A program made the translations under genes and the position numbers. The notes under the pieces are model-generated. The model was not told the origin of the DNA and did not search any database. It saw nothing but the letters and a program-made list of their open reading frames with translations. DNA of 63,229 nt, filler included, from Planctomycetota bacterium (GTDB lineage Bacteria > Planctomycetota > Planctomycetia > JALXBF01), in assembly GCA_026991575.1 (NCBI GenBank). It is 6 parts of 6 records of this genome, joined end to end, with 100 filler letters (N's around TTAATTAATTAA, not from the genome) between each part and the next. Parts side by side here need not be neighbours in the genome. Positions count along the whole stretch, not along the records: positions 20,996 to 49,061 come from JALXBF010000013.1; 5 more parts are not named here. The stretch is one strand, 5' to 3'. The first letter of the stretch is position 1. Every line of letters starts with the position of its first letter. Shown here in pieces: positions 28,215-37,789 of the stretch.

Positions 28215-29615
28215 TTACTGCGGCCGCGCGCGGTCTTCCGTGCCCTCGATGTGGATTGCCCGACTATCGCGGATCACGACGGCGTCGCGGTCCTCGGCGT
28301 GGTACAGGCCGCTAATCCGGCAGTTGCTGCTACCTTCGATCAGCACGGCGGGCATCCCTTTCGCGAAGACCGTGCAGCCAGACAGATGGATCCAGTGGCA
28401 ATTGCGTATCACCAGCGCCGCAGGCTGGTTGCGAACCCGTGCGATCTGCACGCCGCTCAGTGTACAGTAGCGGCTGTTCCGCAGGAGGATTCCCCCGCGA
28501 GCCGGCCCGCGCCAGTAGTCGTAGCGTGGATTCTGGTCGAAGTTGTTCGGGCCAACGACGACATGGCTTGAGTCCTCAACGAGCAGGTCTGCCGTGTACG
28601 CCTGCCAGAATGTATTCCCGGTGATCACGACGCCACGAGCTGCCTGCACATGCACATTGATCTGCACGTCGCTGAAGACGTTGCCCACAATCGTGACATG
28701 ACCTTCCTGCGTACGAGCCGACCCGGTGCGCCGGCGAAGTCCGGGGTCGGTACCCATGCCCACGATGCGGACATTGGCCGACAGACGCCCTTTCGGGTGA
28801 TGCTGGATCGTGCAGCCGGTGATGGCCACCTCACCTACCGATCCGCCGGTGGAATCGAGCAGGATGTTTGCCGTCACAGGACCACCTTCGGCCATGTTCG
28901 CTTCGATGTCGCACGCGCTAATGTGGATGTTACGGACGTTACCCCCGCGCGAAACGATGCCACCGCCCCGGTTGTAGCTAATGTGGCAGCCGACGATGTT
29001 GGACTGATGGAGGTTGACATCGTCGTAGTAGATGCCCACGCCGGAGTTCTCGTAGATGTGGCAGCTTTCGATGATCACGTTGCGATTTCGTCGGACCAGA
29101 TGGATGCCGTGGCGGACCCGCCGGATGAGCACCTGGCTGATCACCGCTTGCATGGTTCCTTCCAACGCGATGCCGTCTGCCTCGGGATGTTCGCCGACAA
29201 TTTCTAAACCGCGCACCAGTGGCATTCGCTCGCGGTCCCACACCTGGGGCTTGACCGTCGGCGGGTCGGCCGTGCCGTTGTGGCTGCCGCGTAGCAGCAA
29301 CGCCGGTCCGGGGCCGGCCATGATCAGCCGAGCGTTTGCCAGCCCGACAAGGGCCTTGTAGCCATGCTGCTGAAGGTCCACGACCACGGTCCGCGTGATC
29401 CGGTAGCGGCCAGCAGGGAAGCACACGGCCTGCGCTTCGGTCCGACACGCCTGTTGGATTGCGTCCGTGTCGTCATGCCGGCCATCACCACGGGCTCCGA
29501 ACTGCCGCACGCTGACGGCGCCGGCTATCGGGGTCGCCTCTTCTGCCACAGCCGCGCTCGACGCGAGCGCTACGTGTAGAAGCGCGATGCCTATCACGTC
29601 CAGGTAGCGAAGCAT
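28215..29615 (-). CDS. Secreted right-handed parallel beta-helix (pectate lyase fold) protein
   Basis: Signal peptide, SVRQFGARGDGRHDDTDAIQ motif, repeated I.GC.I/I.GN strands. Confidence 0.88.
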   Translation of the reverse strand: MLRYLDVIGIALLHVALASSAAVAEEATPIAGAVSVRQFGARGDGRHDDTDAIQQACRTEAQAVCFPAGRYRITRTVVVDLQQHGYKALVGLANARLIMAGPGPALLLRGSHNGTADPPTVKPQVWDRERMPLVRGLEIVGEHPEADGIALEGTMQAVISQVLIRRVRHGIHLVRRNRNVIIESCHIYENSGVGIYYDDVNLHQSNIVGCHISYNRGGGIVSRGGNVRNIHISACDIEANMAEGGPVTANILLDSTGGSVGEVAITGCTIQHHPKGRLSANVRIVGMGTDPGLRRRTGSARTQEGHVTIVGNVFSDVQINVHVQAARGVVITGNTFWQAYTADLLVEDSSHVVVGPNNFDQNPRYDYWRGPARGGILLRNSRYCTLSGVQIARVRNQPAALVIRNCHWIHLSGCTVFAKGMPAVLIEGSSNCRISGLYHAEDRDAVVIRDSRAIHIEGTEDRARPQ

Positions 29616-29769
29616 GGCAGCGGAATCCAGATGTCAACCGTCTCGGTTTCATGCAGGCGACCCTGCTGACACCGATCGACCGGAGGGGCGCCTGCGCCGT
29701 GGCGTGAAACGGAGTAGGCGGAAGGAACACTATAGCGAATGCTGTTGCGGGCGCGCTCTGGTACCCCGC

Positions 29770-32700
29770 TCAGCGTGTCGAGCTTGGGCGTGGCCTGACG
29801 GCGGTGAGGTAGGTCATGGCTGCGAGCAGAACCGCTCCGCAGACCAGCAGCACCAGGGCAAGTGGCGGGGCCAGGTCGCCGATCAGCATCGTGCAGGCGG
29901 CGCACGCCAGTACCGCGCCCCCCAGCCACGGCTCTTTGGACGAGCTGCGTGTCCAGCGTCTCACGATGATCCCCACCAGCACCGCCAACAACGCTGTTAC
30001 CACGGCGCGGGTCACCGACCAGGCCCAACGCGATACCAGCCGGCGGTCCACGACGACCAGTGTCAGCTTCGGCCCACCGGATTCCTTGCTGAACCGCAGC
30101 CGTTGCGGTAGCGTGGCCAAAGGCGGGCCGATACCCAGCCGCGCAGTGCGCTGCTCTGCTGGTGCGGCACGCTGTGCTAGCTGCTCTGCGAGATGCTCCT
30201 CGGCTGCGCGGCCCCGCTGCTGCGTGCCAGGTCGAGCCTGCTTCGCGGCAGGCTCCCACTTCTGGCGAGCCAGGCTATCCAGCGCCGCCGCTGCTTTTCG
30301 CTGCAGCTTGCCAACCTCGTCCTCTGGGATCCCGACCCGAGGTTGCGTCCCGTGTTCGGCACCGCGCATCGCGGTTCGGCTCGGCCTCATGTGACTGAAA
30401 TAACGATCGGCTCGCGCACTGCCAGCCCGCGTGGCGCTCGTCGCCCCTTTGCCGACTTCTTCTAACAGCTTTTCCACACGCACCGTGCCCATCTGGTACT
30501 CCTGCACCATCCGAAACAGCATCGGGTGGTCCCGGGCCAGCTTCGACGGGGCAAGTCGGACCAAGGTTGCCTGCTGCCAGTCCCGGAGCTCCGACAGTTC
30601 GCGTTGCCAGCGTAGAACTGTCTGCCGGCTGACCGCTCCGCTCTGGCGGGCTACCAGCAGCGCTCGACGCAGCGCTTCGAGCCGCGCCAGAGCCGTGGAC
30701 AGTTCGGCCTGGTACTCGTCGGCCGGTTCCATGTTGCTGGCGGCACGGCTGGGTCGGGCCATATATCCGTCGGGCAGGAACACAGTCCAGAGCGTGCGCC
30801 GGATGGGGACATCGTCGGCTAATTGCGGCGGGGGGAGGGCGATCTGGGCTCCAAAGCCTAGCCTCTCGCTGAGTCTGCCTTCGTAGACGACCTGGACGTA
30901 CTGTAGCGACTGCTGCAGGCCGGCGCGTGGCAGAGGCACCAGCAGGCCGGTTCCATCGGCCGGCCGGACCACCGGCACCGGACGTCCGTCGACGTATGCC
31001 CCCCACAGGCGTGTCCCGATCGGGAGCTGGATCCACAGGTGTTGGCGCGCTTCGTTACGGGCCAGCAACCGCATCTCGGTGCGGTAGGTTCCGCTAACGT
31101 CCAGCTGCGTGAGCAGGTGAAGCAGGAACACTTCGATGTCTGGCACGGCTGCTGGTGTCAGGACCTCGCGCGCAACGAGCAGCTCGTATCTGGGTGCAAC
31201 GACGCGGAACAGCCAGGCGGCCCGGCGCAGGACGTCAGCCGAGACCAATCCTTCCAGCCCGGTCGCCTGCGTTCGTTGCACGCCGCGGGTGCGAACCAGG
31301 TTGAGCCGCAGGTTTCGTCCGGGCAGCACGACCACGGTGTGCTTCACGCTGTCGGTGCCAAGGAGCCGGATCCAGGGCACGGGGGTCGGCTGTCGCTGCT
31401 GGCGCGCGGGTAGTTCGAGCCGTTGCCAGACGGTGAAACGGTACCGGCCGGTGATGCCGCGACGCAGCCGCACGGACCACGTCGTGCTCGATTCGCTGCG
31501 GCGCGCGATGACAGCTTCAGCAATCTCTGGTCCCTGAATGTCGATGTCCTCACCCAGCGCTGCTGGCACTTCGAACTGCAGTTGCCAGACCGTGCCGGTG
31601 GTAATCGACAGCTCGATCGCCGACGCAAACTCCAGCCATCGCTCGGCGATGTCGGCAACGGTTACCGCCCGGGCCGTCACCCGCGGCCTTGCATCCAGGA
31701 CCGTTAGCTCGATCGGATCAGGAACGCCGCGGTAGCGTGCCGCAAGCACGACGATCGCCCCGGGCACGAGGCTCTTGCGTCGTGCTAGAGTCCTTGCAGG
31801 TCCGTCACCGCTCAGGGGGACCATGCTCTCGGGCAGCTGCACTTGGAGCCGACAGTCACGCGTGTGCCGGATCAGCACCGTGCCGGATCGGTGCTCTGCC
31901 TCCACCTCCGGAAGGACCAACTGAACCGCTTGGGCGTTGGATGGGACGGCCATCGTGCCGCGCAGCGACCAGAGGATGCGGCCGACGAGTGGCTGGGCAA
32001 ACCGCAGGCGGAGGATGCGAGTCGCACTGTCAAAGCTCCACCGTGCCCCGTCCTGGTCGATGTCCACCGACAGCACAGCCATTCCCCTGGGCAGGCGCAC
32101 CCGCAGCTGCTCAACCGGCGCGCGCTCGACGTGCAGCTCGTAGTAGGCCGTCAAGTCGATGCGGTAGCGGCTGACGACCACTTCTGTCTCTGCGCGGACC
32201 GTCCGCTCGCTCCGGTACCGTTCGATCGACAGCATCAGGGACCAATCGCTGCCGGCGAAATGGTAGGCGCCTAAGGCGGCACAGCCGGGGTGAGGTCCCG
32301 GCCCGGGCACGACCGCCGCCTCTCGTGCGATCTGGGTCAGGCCGCGATGCTCGATGACGTCGACCCTGAACTGGTCCGCACAGCCGATCAGAATCGTACC
32401 ATCCTGACGCTGCGCCTGCGGGTCCTGGAGCAGCGTGAGCATGAACCGGCCCCGGGCTGGCGCGGTTGGGTCCAGGGCATGGAGCTCGATCGCCGTACGG
32501 TCCGCAACCGGTCGTTTCAGGCGAACTTGTAGCGTTCTGTCGTCCCCGCTCAGACGCCACCCTGCGACGTCCTGCCCGGCAACCTCCAGCACGACGAGCC
32601 CCGTGGGCACTTGAAGCCGGACCTGATCGGTCGTGCCGTTATGCACCTCGTACTCAAGCCGCTCGTACAGGTGGGCGCCACTGTCGTGTATGTCGACGAG

Positions 32701-35700
32701 CAGGTGGCGCCGGAGGGCAACCGCGACGCGAGCCGTAGTGCGCAGGCGGGGGCGCCAGCGGACGCGCACCGAATCGGCCCGACCAAGAGCGGCCGTCACG
32801 CGCGTTTGGCCATCGGACGGCTCGGCCCGAAAGCCCCCCTTCAGCCCATGCACCGTAACCTCGCGGCCCGCGCCGGGCAGGGTCAGCGTTAGCGTGCCGG
32901 CGGGAACTGACGCCACGGGAATCAGCAGCTCGCCCGCGGTCTCGTCCCCTTGAACCGGTAGCACGGCCCGGAGCCTGAAGCGATGAGTGCCTCGCTCCGT
33001 CACCACCAGCGCGGTTCGTTCCCCGCCGTCGCGCGCGTCGTCCTCGGCGGTGATCCGTACCAGACGGGCTGGCCGATCATCATCACCGCGCGCTTGTTCG
33101 AGCGGCAGTGTGCCCACGGGAAGGATCGCCAATGCGGGGCGATCCACCAACGACACCACCGTTACGTCGAGCATCACCTCGGCTCGCGTGCCGGCGACGG
33201 TAGCTGATACATCCATCGCGGTCACCGTCGCCAGCGGCACCGGAGGAGGCGGGAGGTCTGAATCTGCTGTCAGCCCCAGTAGCCGAAGCGCTGCCTCGGG
33301 AACGTAGACCACCTCGGGCTTCGTGGACGGCAGTCCGTTTGCCGGATCGTAGGGCACGTAGACGACAAGGGCCCGATCCTGGAGGGAAGCAGTAGTTGCG
33401 GGTTCTTTACCCTCTTCGCCCGCGCACACGTTCGGGCGGAGCAGCAGAGCGGATGCCACAGCGATCACCGCTGCGGCACCAGCGCTCGTGCCGGTGGCAC
33501 CGTGGCGGGCTAGGCCTCGCAGCGCGATGACCAGGCGCCGGGCAAGGCAGCTGACCAGCAGCGCCACGCCACCAAGTGCCAGACCATCGGACAGGGGTGT
33601 CAGGGTTGCCGGCAACAGCTCGCTCATTGCCGCGCCGGCTGCTAACAACACGGCACCGGCGAGTAGCATGCGGCCAAGTGCGCGGTGAGGCCAGAGCCAG
33701 CCGAGCAGCGAAATGGCCACTGTCAGGCATGCGATCAGCAGCATACTCATGTGGCGGTTGCGTAGCGCGAGGGTGATCTTCTGCGGCTGCGCGACGCCGC
33801 CAAAGACCACACTCGGCCAATCGGGCCAACGCACGGTCGGTCGCAGCGATAGCCGAGCGCCGCCGCGCTGCGCGTGGGCGTGGCGGCGTCCTGCCTGCGG
33901 CGATACCGAAGGCGGACGCTGTACGGCTGCCTGTTGCTGACGTTGCTCGTAGAGCTCAGCCGGCTGCCGTGGCCCCTGCTGGCTGACTTGCTCCGCTCCG
34001 GCTGCTGTTTCAGGAGCCTCCGCGGCGGCAACCGATGCAGGCTCGGCTTGCGCTTCGAGCGCGACGGCCGCGCGTGTCCGTTGGTCGCTCAGAAGGGCAT
34101 CCGTGTCAAGGAGATGCTCGCGGAGCTCCTCCAGGCTCGGTCCATCCCCGCGACGGGCGGTCGCCAGGCGCTGCCAGAACGTGTCGTCGCTAGGGGCCAG
34201 CTGGCGAATCTGGCCGTCGGCGAACAGGACGCGGTGGTGTGCGCTCTGCAGCCCGAGCGCCTCGGGCGACGCCGGGAGAAGGATGGCCGCTTCCGTGGCC
34301 ACATACCACGGACCGCTGCCGCGCGCTTCGATAAGCAGCGCCGTGGTACCCAGTGGATCGGTGATTTCGCTCTTGGACAGGCTTTGTTGCCAGCCGAACA
34401 CCCCCGACGCGCTCGGGCTATCGGACAGCCCGCTGCCCAGCACCGCCAGGAAACTGGTCGCTGTCGTGACCGGATCCTCAGGACAGATAAGCACGCTCAA
34501 CGCGCGGTCGCGCAACGCCAGCTCATTGATCGGGTGGTCAACGGGTAGGTCCAGGCGAAGCTTCTCGTAGAGCTCCTCACGCTCCAGGAACGGCAACAGG
34601 GCGACGACCCAGGAGAACTGGCGGTTCAGCGGCACGTTGTGTGGGCCGATAGCCGCCGGCGGATAGCGACCGTACTGATCATGGTACGCTTGCAACGCCG
34701 CGGCGAGCTGTCGCAGCATTGGCCGGCACGAGCGCGAGCCGACTCGCTTTACCGCCACCGTGGCCGGCAGCAGGCAGATTGCAAACACCAGTACCAGGGT
34801 GATGGCCACAACTGCCAGCAGGCCCACCACGGCCGCCGGTTGCTTCCCACGCACCATCTGACGGAGGCCGGCCGCGAGCGGCCCGGCTACCAGGGCAATT
34901 CCGTAGAGCACCACCAGAGCTGGCAGCCAATCCTGGTGACCAGTAACTAAGCGATCAAGCAAAGACGGGGCCGGCAGCGGCGTACGAAGGCGTAGGTCTC
35001 CTGTGGCAGCCACCGGTTCGTACTCAGGTGCGTAGGCCACCTGCCAGGTGACCCGCTCAACGGGGATGTCGAGCTCTGGTGCCGCGAGGTCGATGTCTGC
35101 CACGAGGCCGAGGCGGGTTTTCCGGGGCGGCGTCTTGTAGAACAGTTCAACCGCACAGCGGTTCTCCGGGCGAGAACCTTCCAGAGGCACGGCGAGACCG
35201 GCCGAACTGAGCCGGCGCACCACGACGGCCTGACCATTGACCTGGACGGCTATCAACCTCGTTTCGTCCGGTAGCGTCACGGTCAGGAACTGCCGGCCGG
35301 GTGCGATCACTCGCAGCACGGCGTGATGCTGGGCCGAGCCGTCGGCTGCGATCGCGGTGCGAACCGAGAGCTTGCGGCAGACCGCGCCGGCGAGCGGCAC
35401 GGAGCGGTGAGACGTAAGCCTCAGCTGCACGCTCTTGCCGGAGCCGGATCCGCGGAAAGCGGCAATCAGATGGTCCTTTCCCTGCAGCTCGGCCGGAAGC
35501 GTCACGCCGGCCAGAGGGGCCGGAACGAGTCCGTCGGCACTTGCCGAGACGCTCAACTCTGGATGCCCGGCCACGGCAACCAGTAGCCGCTGGCGCTCGG
35601 CGCTCGGCACAGAGAGTAGCGGAACGGTCGCAAGTCGCCGGCCGTTGTCCGCGCGCTTGGGCCGAACGGCAGCGCGAAACAGGAACCTGGCTGTACCACG

Positions 35701-37722
35701 CAGGGGGGACTCAAAGGTAAGTGTCAGTTGTGGGTACCCGTTCTCGGCCTCCGTCCAGCGCTGCTCGGCGATGCGGTGCGTTGGCGTCAGCGGCTCCATG
35801 TAGAACTGAGGGCGCAGGCCGGTGGGCACCAGTAGCGTTAGCCGGTCCAGGGGGGCCTGCCGATTCGTCACCACCAGGACGCCGTCAACCGATATGTAGT
35901 CCGGTTCGGGGCGCAGGACGACGTCGATCTCGGCAGCCACCCTCGAGCTGCGTCGCGTCAGCTCAACCCGCCCGGCGTAGCCACCGCGGTACCGGAACGA
36001 CTGAATCGGTTGGAGCAGGTTCTGGTGCTCGATCGTCTGGTGCACGCTTCGAACCGGCACGGGCTCCAGTCCGGAGACGTCGACAACGTGCACGGACAGA
36101 TCAGGATGGGCCAACACCGTCAGCGTGCCCTCGAACGCAACCACGCCAGGGTCCAGTTGGATTGCGGGCAGCTGGAACGACGCGGTGCGCTGGGCCGATT
36201 CCAACGGTCGCCTTGCGATGACGCTCAACAGAACCGCCTCTCCGGGGGAGACGTCATCCGGCAACGTTGCGGTGACCTGCTGGGTCGGCTCGCCTTCGTT
36301 CCCGCGGTGTACCGTCCAGGAGAGCCGACCCGGGCGATCGACAAGTTGAACGGAGTCGATCTGCCAGCCTGTCGGTAGCCGCAGCGTGAGCTGTCGCAGC
36401 GGCGCTCCGCGCGGGACAACCGTGAGCGAGGTTCTGAGCGTGGCGTGCCGGGGCACGATCTCCAGCAGGGCGGCGATCCCGGCGAACAGCTCTGCGGTCA
36501 CTACCCGCGCGTGCAGCCTCAGGCTGGGCTGCTCTTGCCAGAAGGCGTAGGCGAGGGTGTCCGGCTCGTCGGAGAGTCCCAGTTCCTTGCGCTCCTGTGC
36601 AGAGAGCGTTCGGGCATGTTCTGCGCTGACCACATCCACTCGAAGCCCAGCAGCGCTGCGCAGAACTAGGACGCCGGTTTCCGCAGCCGCTCCAACCAGC
36701 CGGAAATGCGGCAGCACGACGGATGGTTCCAGCAGCGGCAAGCGGATCAGACCGCGGAGGCTGAGTGTGAACCGCCCACGGAGCGGCTCGCGGAACGAAA
36801 GCGTCAGCTGTTTCCGCCGGGGCTCGGAAGCGCCCGCCAGCGTCCAACGCTCAAGCTGAGGGGCGTCCACCGCGGCGATCTCTGCCTCAGCCGGAATCGA
36901 ATAAGTCACTGTCCGGATGCCGGCGCCGTAGACGGTTAGGTCGGTCCTGAGCTGAAAGTCGAACCCATCAGGTCGCGCCAGGTAGTCGACACGGTGGCGT
37001 GCCACCAGCACGGCCTGCCGGCGTGACTCGTGTTCCGAAGGCAGTAGCGTCAGCACGGCAGGCACGGCTGGTTGCAGGGACAAGACGAGCAGCGGTTGCT
37101 GAGGCGAGGGTTCGATCAGGGCACCGTTCAGGAGGATCCGCCGCTGGCCGAGATCGGCCAGAGCCAGTTTGGTGGCGGCCCCGGTAGGCAGGCGAAAGCG
37201 GGCCACCGGATTGCCTTCCTGCTGCTCGAACCGAACGCTCCCTTCGAGCCGCAAACGATGGGTGCCGATCTCCTTCAGCGGCAGTACCGCATTGTCTCCG
37301 TCCAGGTACATGGGCCACGGCTGCCCGTCTAGCTCAGCGCGGCTGAGTGCAACACCCTGCAGGGGCAATCGAATCAGCGACCAGCCGGCCGAGAGCTTGG
37401 CAAGTTCCAGATCGCCGGACAGTACCAGCACGTCGTTGCCGACGATCGAGCCGTGGTACTCTGCATCGAGCACGATCGAAGCGCTCAAGTCAAATGGGGC
37501 CCTCAAACGCTGTTGCAGGCCGTGCAGGGCCTTGAGCAATTCCTTTCGAGCAACGAATCGGCCTCCGGGGTGAGCTTTCAGCACGGCGGCGAACTGCTCA
37601 TGGGGGACGTAAAGGTAGCGCAGCTGGAGGGGGCGGTTGCTGGTGCCGTCTGCTGGCTGATCGGGACGGGCCTCGGTAGCCAGCAACGCGGCCAGGATCA
37701 GGCAAGCGATGCGCCTCGTCAT
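29770..37722 (-). CDS. Giant (2650 aa) exported membrane protein: two ~1000-aa beta-rich units around a DUF1559 domain
   Basis: Single long ORF; GGGAGG RBS, ATG 37722 and signal peptide; internal repeats; QLAAALQAYHDQYGRYPP, FSWVVALLPFLE and VLFADG motifs. Confidence 0.88.
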   Translation of the reverse strand: MTRRIACLILAALLATEARPDQPADGTSNRPLQLRYLYVPHEQFAAVLKAHPGGRFVARKELLKALHGLQQRLRAPFDLSASIVLDAEYHGSIVGNDVLVLSGDLELAKLSAGWSLIRLPLQGVALSRAELDGQPWPMYLDGDNAVLPLKEIGTHRLRLEGSVRFEQQEGNPVARFRLPTGAATKLALADLGQRRILLNGALIEPSPQQPLLVLSLQPAVPAVLTLLPSEHESRRQAVLVARHRVDYLARPDGFDFQLRTDLTVYGAGIRTVTYSIPAEAEIAAVDAPQLERWTLAGASEPRRKQLTLSFREPLRGRFTLSLRGLIRLPLLEPSVVLPHFRLVGAAAETGVLVLRSAAGLRVDVVSAEHARTLSAQERKELGLSDEPDTLAYAFWQEQPSLRLHARVVTAELFAGIAALLEIVPRHATLRTSLTVVPRGAPLRQLTLRLPTGWQIDSVQLVDRPGRLSWTVHRGNEGEPTQQVTATLPDDVSPGEAVLLSVIARRPLESAQRTASFQLPAIQLDPGVVAFEGTLTVLAHPDLSVHVVDVSGLEPVPVRSVHQTIEHQNLLQPIQSFRYRGGYAGRVELTRRSSRVAAEIDVVLRPEPDYISVDGVLVVTNRQAPLDRLTLLVPTGLRPQFYMEPLTPTHRIAEQRWTEAENGYPQLTLTFESPLRGTARFLFRAAVRPKRADNGRRLATVPLLSVPSAERQRLLVAVAGHPELSVSASADGLVPAPLAGVTLPAELQGKDHLIAAFRGSGSGKSVQLRLTSHRSVPLAGAVCRKLSVRTAIAADGSAQHHAVLRVIAPGRQFLTVTLPDETRLIAVQVNGQAVVVRRLSSAGLAVPLEGSRPENRCAVELFYKTPPRKTRLGLVADIDLAAPELDIPVERVTWQVAYAPEYEPVAATGDLRLRTPLPAPSLLDRLVTGHQDWLPALVVLYGIALVAGPLAAGLRQMVRGKQPAAVVGLLAVVAITLVLVFAICLLPATVAVKRVGSRSCRPMLRQLAAALQAYHDQYGRYPPAAIGPHNVPLNRQFSWVVALLPFLEREELYEKLRLDLPVDHPINELALRDRALSVLICPEDPVTTATSFLAVLGSGLSDSPSASGVFGWQQSLSKSEITDPLGTTALLIEARGSGPWYVATEAAILLPASPEALGLQSAHHRVLFADGQIRQLAPSDDTFWQRLATARRGDGPSLEELREHLLDTDALLSDQRTRAAVALEAQAEPASVAAAEAPETAAGAEQVSQQGPRQPAELYEQRQQQAAVQRPPSVSPQAGRRHAHAQRGGARLSLRPTVRWPDWPSVVFGGVAQPQKITLALRNRHMSMLLIACLTVAISLLGWLWPHRALGRMLLAGAVLLAAGAAMSELLPATLTPLSDGLALGGVALLVSCLARRLVIALRGLARHGATGTSAGAAAVIAVASALLLRPNVCAGEEGKEPATTASLQDRALVVYVPYDPANGLPSTKPEVVYVPEAALRLLGLTADSDLPPPPVPLATVTAMDVSATVAGTRAEVMLDVTVVSLVDRPALAILPVGTLPLEQARGDDDRPARLVRITAEDDARDGGERTALVVTERGTHRFRLRAVLPVQGDETAGELLIPVASVPAGTLTLTLPGAGREVTVHGLKGGFRAEPSDGQTRVTAALGRADSVRVRWRPRLRTTARVAVALRRHLLVDIHDSGAHLYERLEYEVHNGTTDQVRLQVPTGLVVLEVAGQDVAGWRLSGDDRTLQVRLKRPVADRTAIELHALDPTAPARGRFMLTLLQDPQAQRQDGTILIGCADQFRVDVIEHRGLTQIAREAAVVPGPGPHPGCAALGAYHFAGSDWSLMLSIERYRSERTVRAETEVVVSRYRIDLTAYYELHVERAPVEQLRVRLPRGMAVLSVDIDQDGARWSFDSATRILRLRFAQPLVGRILWSLRGTMAVPSNAQAVQLVLPEVEAEHRSGTVLIRHTRDCRLQVQLPESMVPLSGDGPARTLARRKSLVPGAIVVLAARYRGVPDPIELTVLDARPRVTARAVTVADIAERWLEFASAIELSITTGTVWQLQFEVPAALGEDIDIQGPEIAEAVIARRSESSTTWSVRLRRGITGRYRFTVWQRLELPARQQRQPTPVPWIRLLGTDSVKHTVVVLPGRNLRLNLVRTRGVQRTQATGLEGLVSADVLRRAAWLFRVVAPRYELLVAREVLTPAAVPDIEVFLLHLLTQLDVSGTYRTEMRLLARNEARQHLWIQLPIGTRLWGAYVDGRPVPVVRPADGTGLLVPLPRAGLQQSLQYVQVVYEGRLSERLGFGAQIALPPPQLADDVPIRRTLWTVFLPDGYMARPSRAASNMEPADEYQAELSTALARLEALRRALLVARQSGAVSRQTVLRWQRELSELRDWQQATLVRLAPSKLARDHPMLFRMVQEYQMGTVRVEKLLEEVGKGATSATRAGSARADRYFSHMRPSRTAMRGAEHGTQPRVGIPEDEVGKLQRKAAAALDSLARQKWEPAAKQARPGTQQRGRAAEEHLAEQLAQRAAPAEQRTARLGIGPPLATLPQRLRFSKESGGPKLTLVVVDRRLVSRWAWSVTRAVVTALLAVLVGIIVRRWTRSSSKEPWLGGAVLACAACTMLIGDLAPPLALVLLVCGAVLLAAMTYLTAVRPRPSSTR

Positions 37723-37789
37723 CGTGCGTTCCTCCCGAGGAGGCCACCGGAGTCGGCGTGCTGTGACAGAGCGCCTGCGCAACAGCTGC

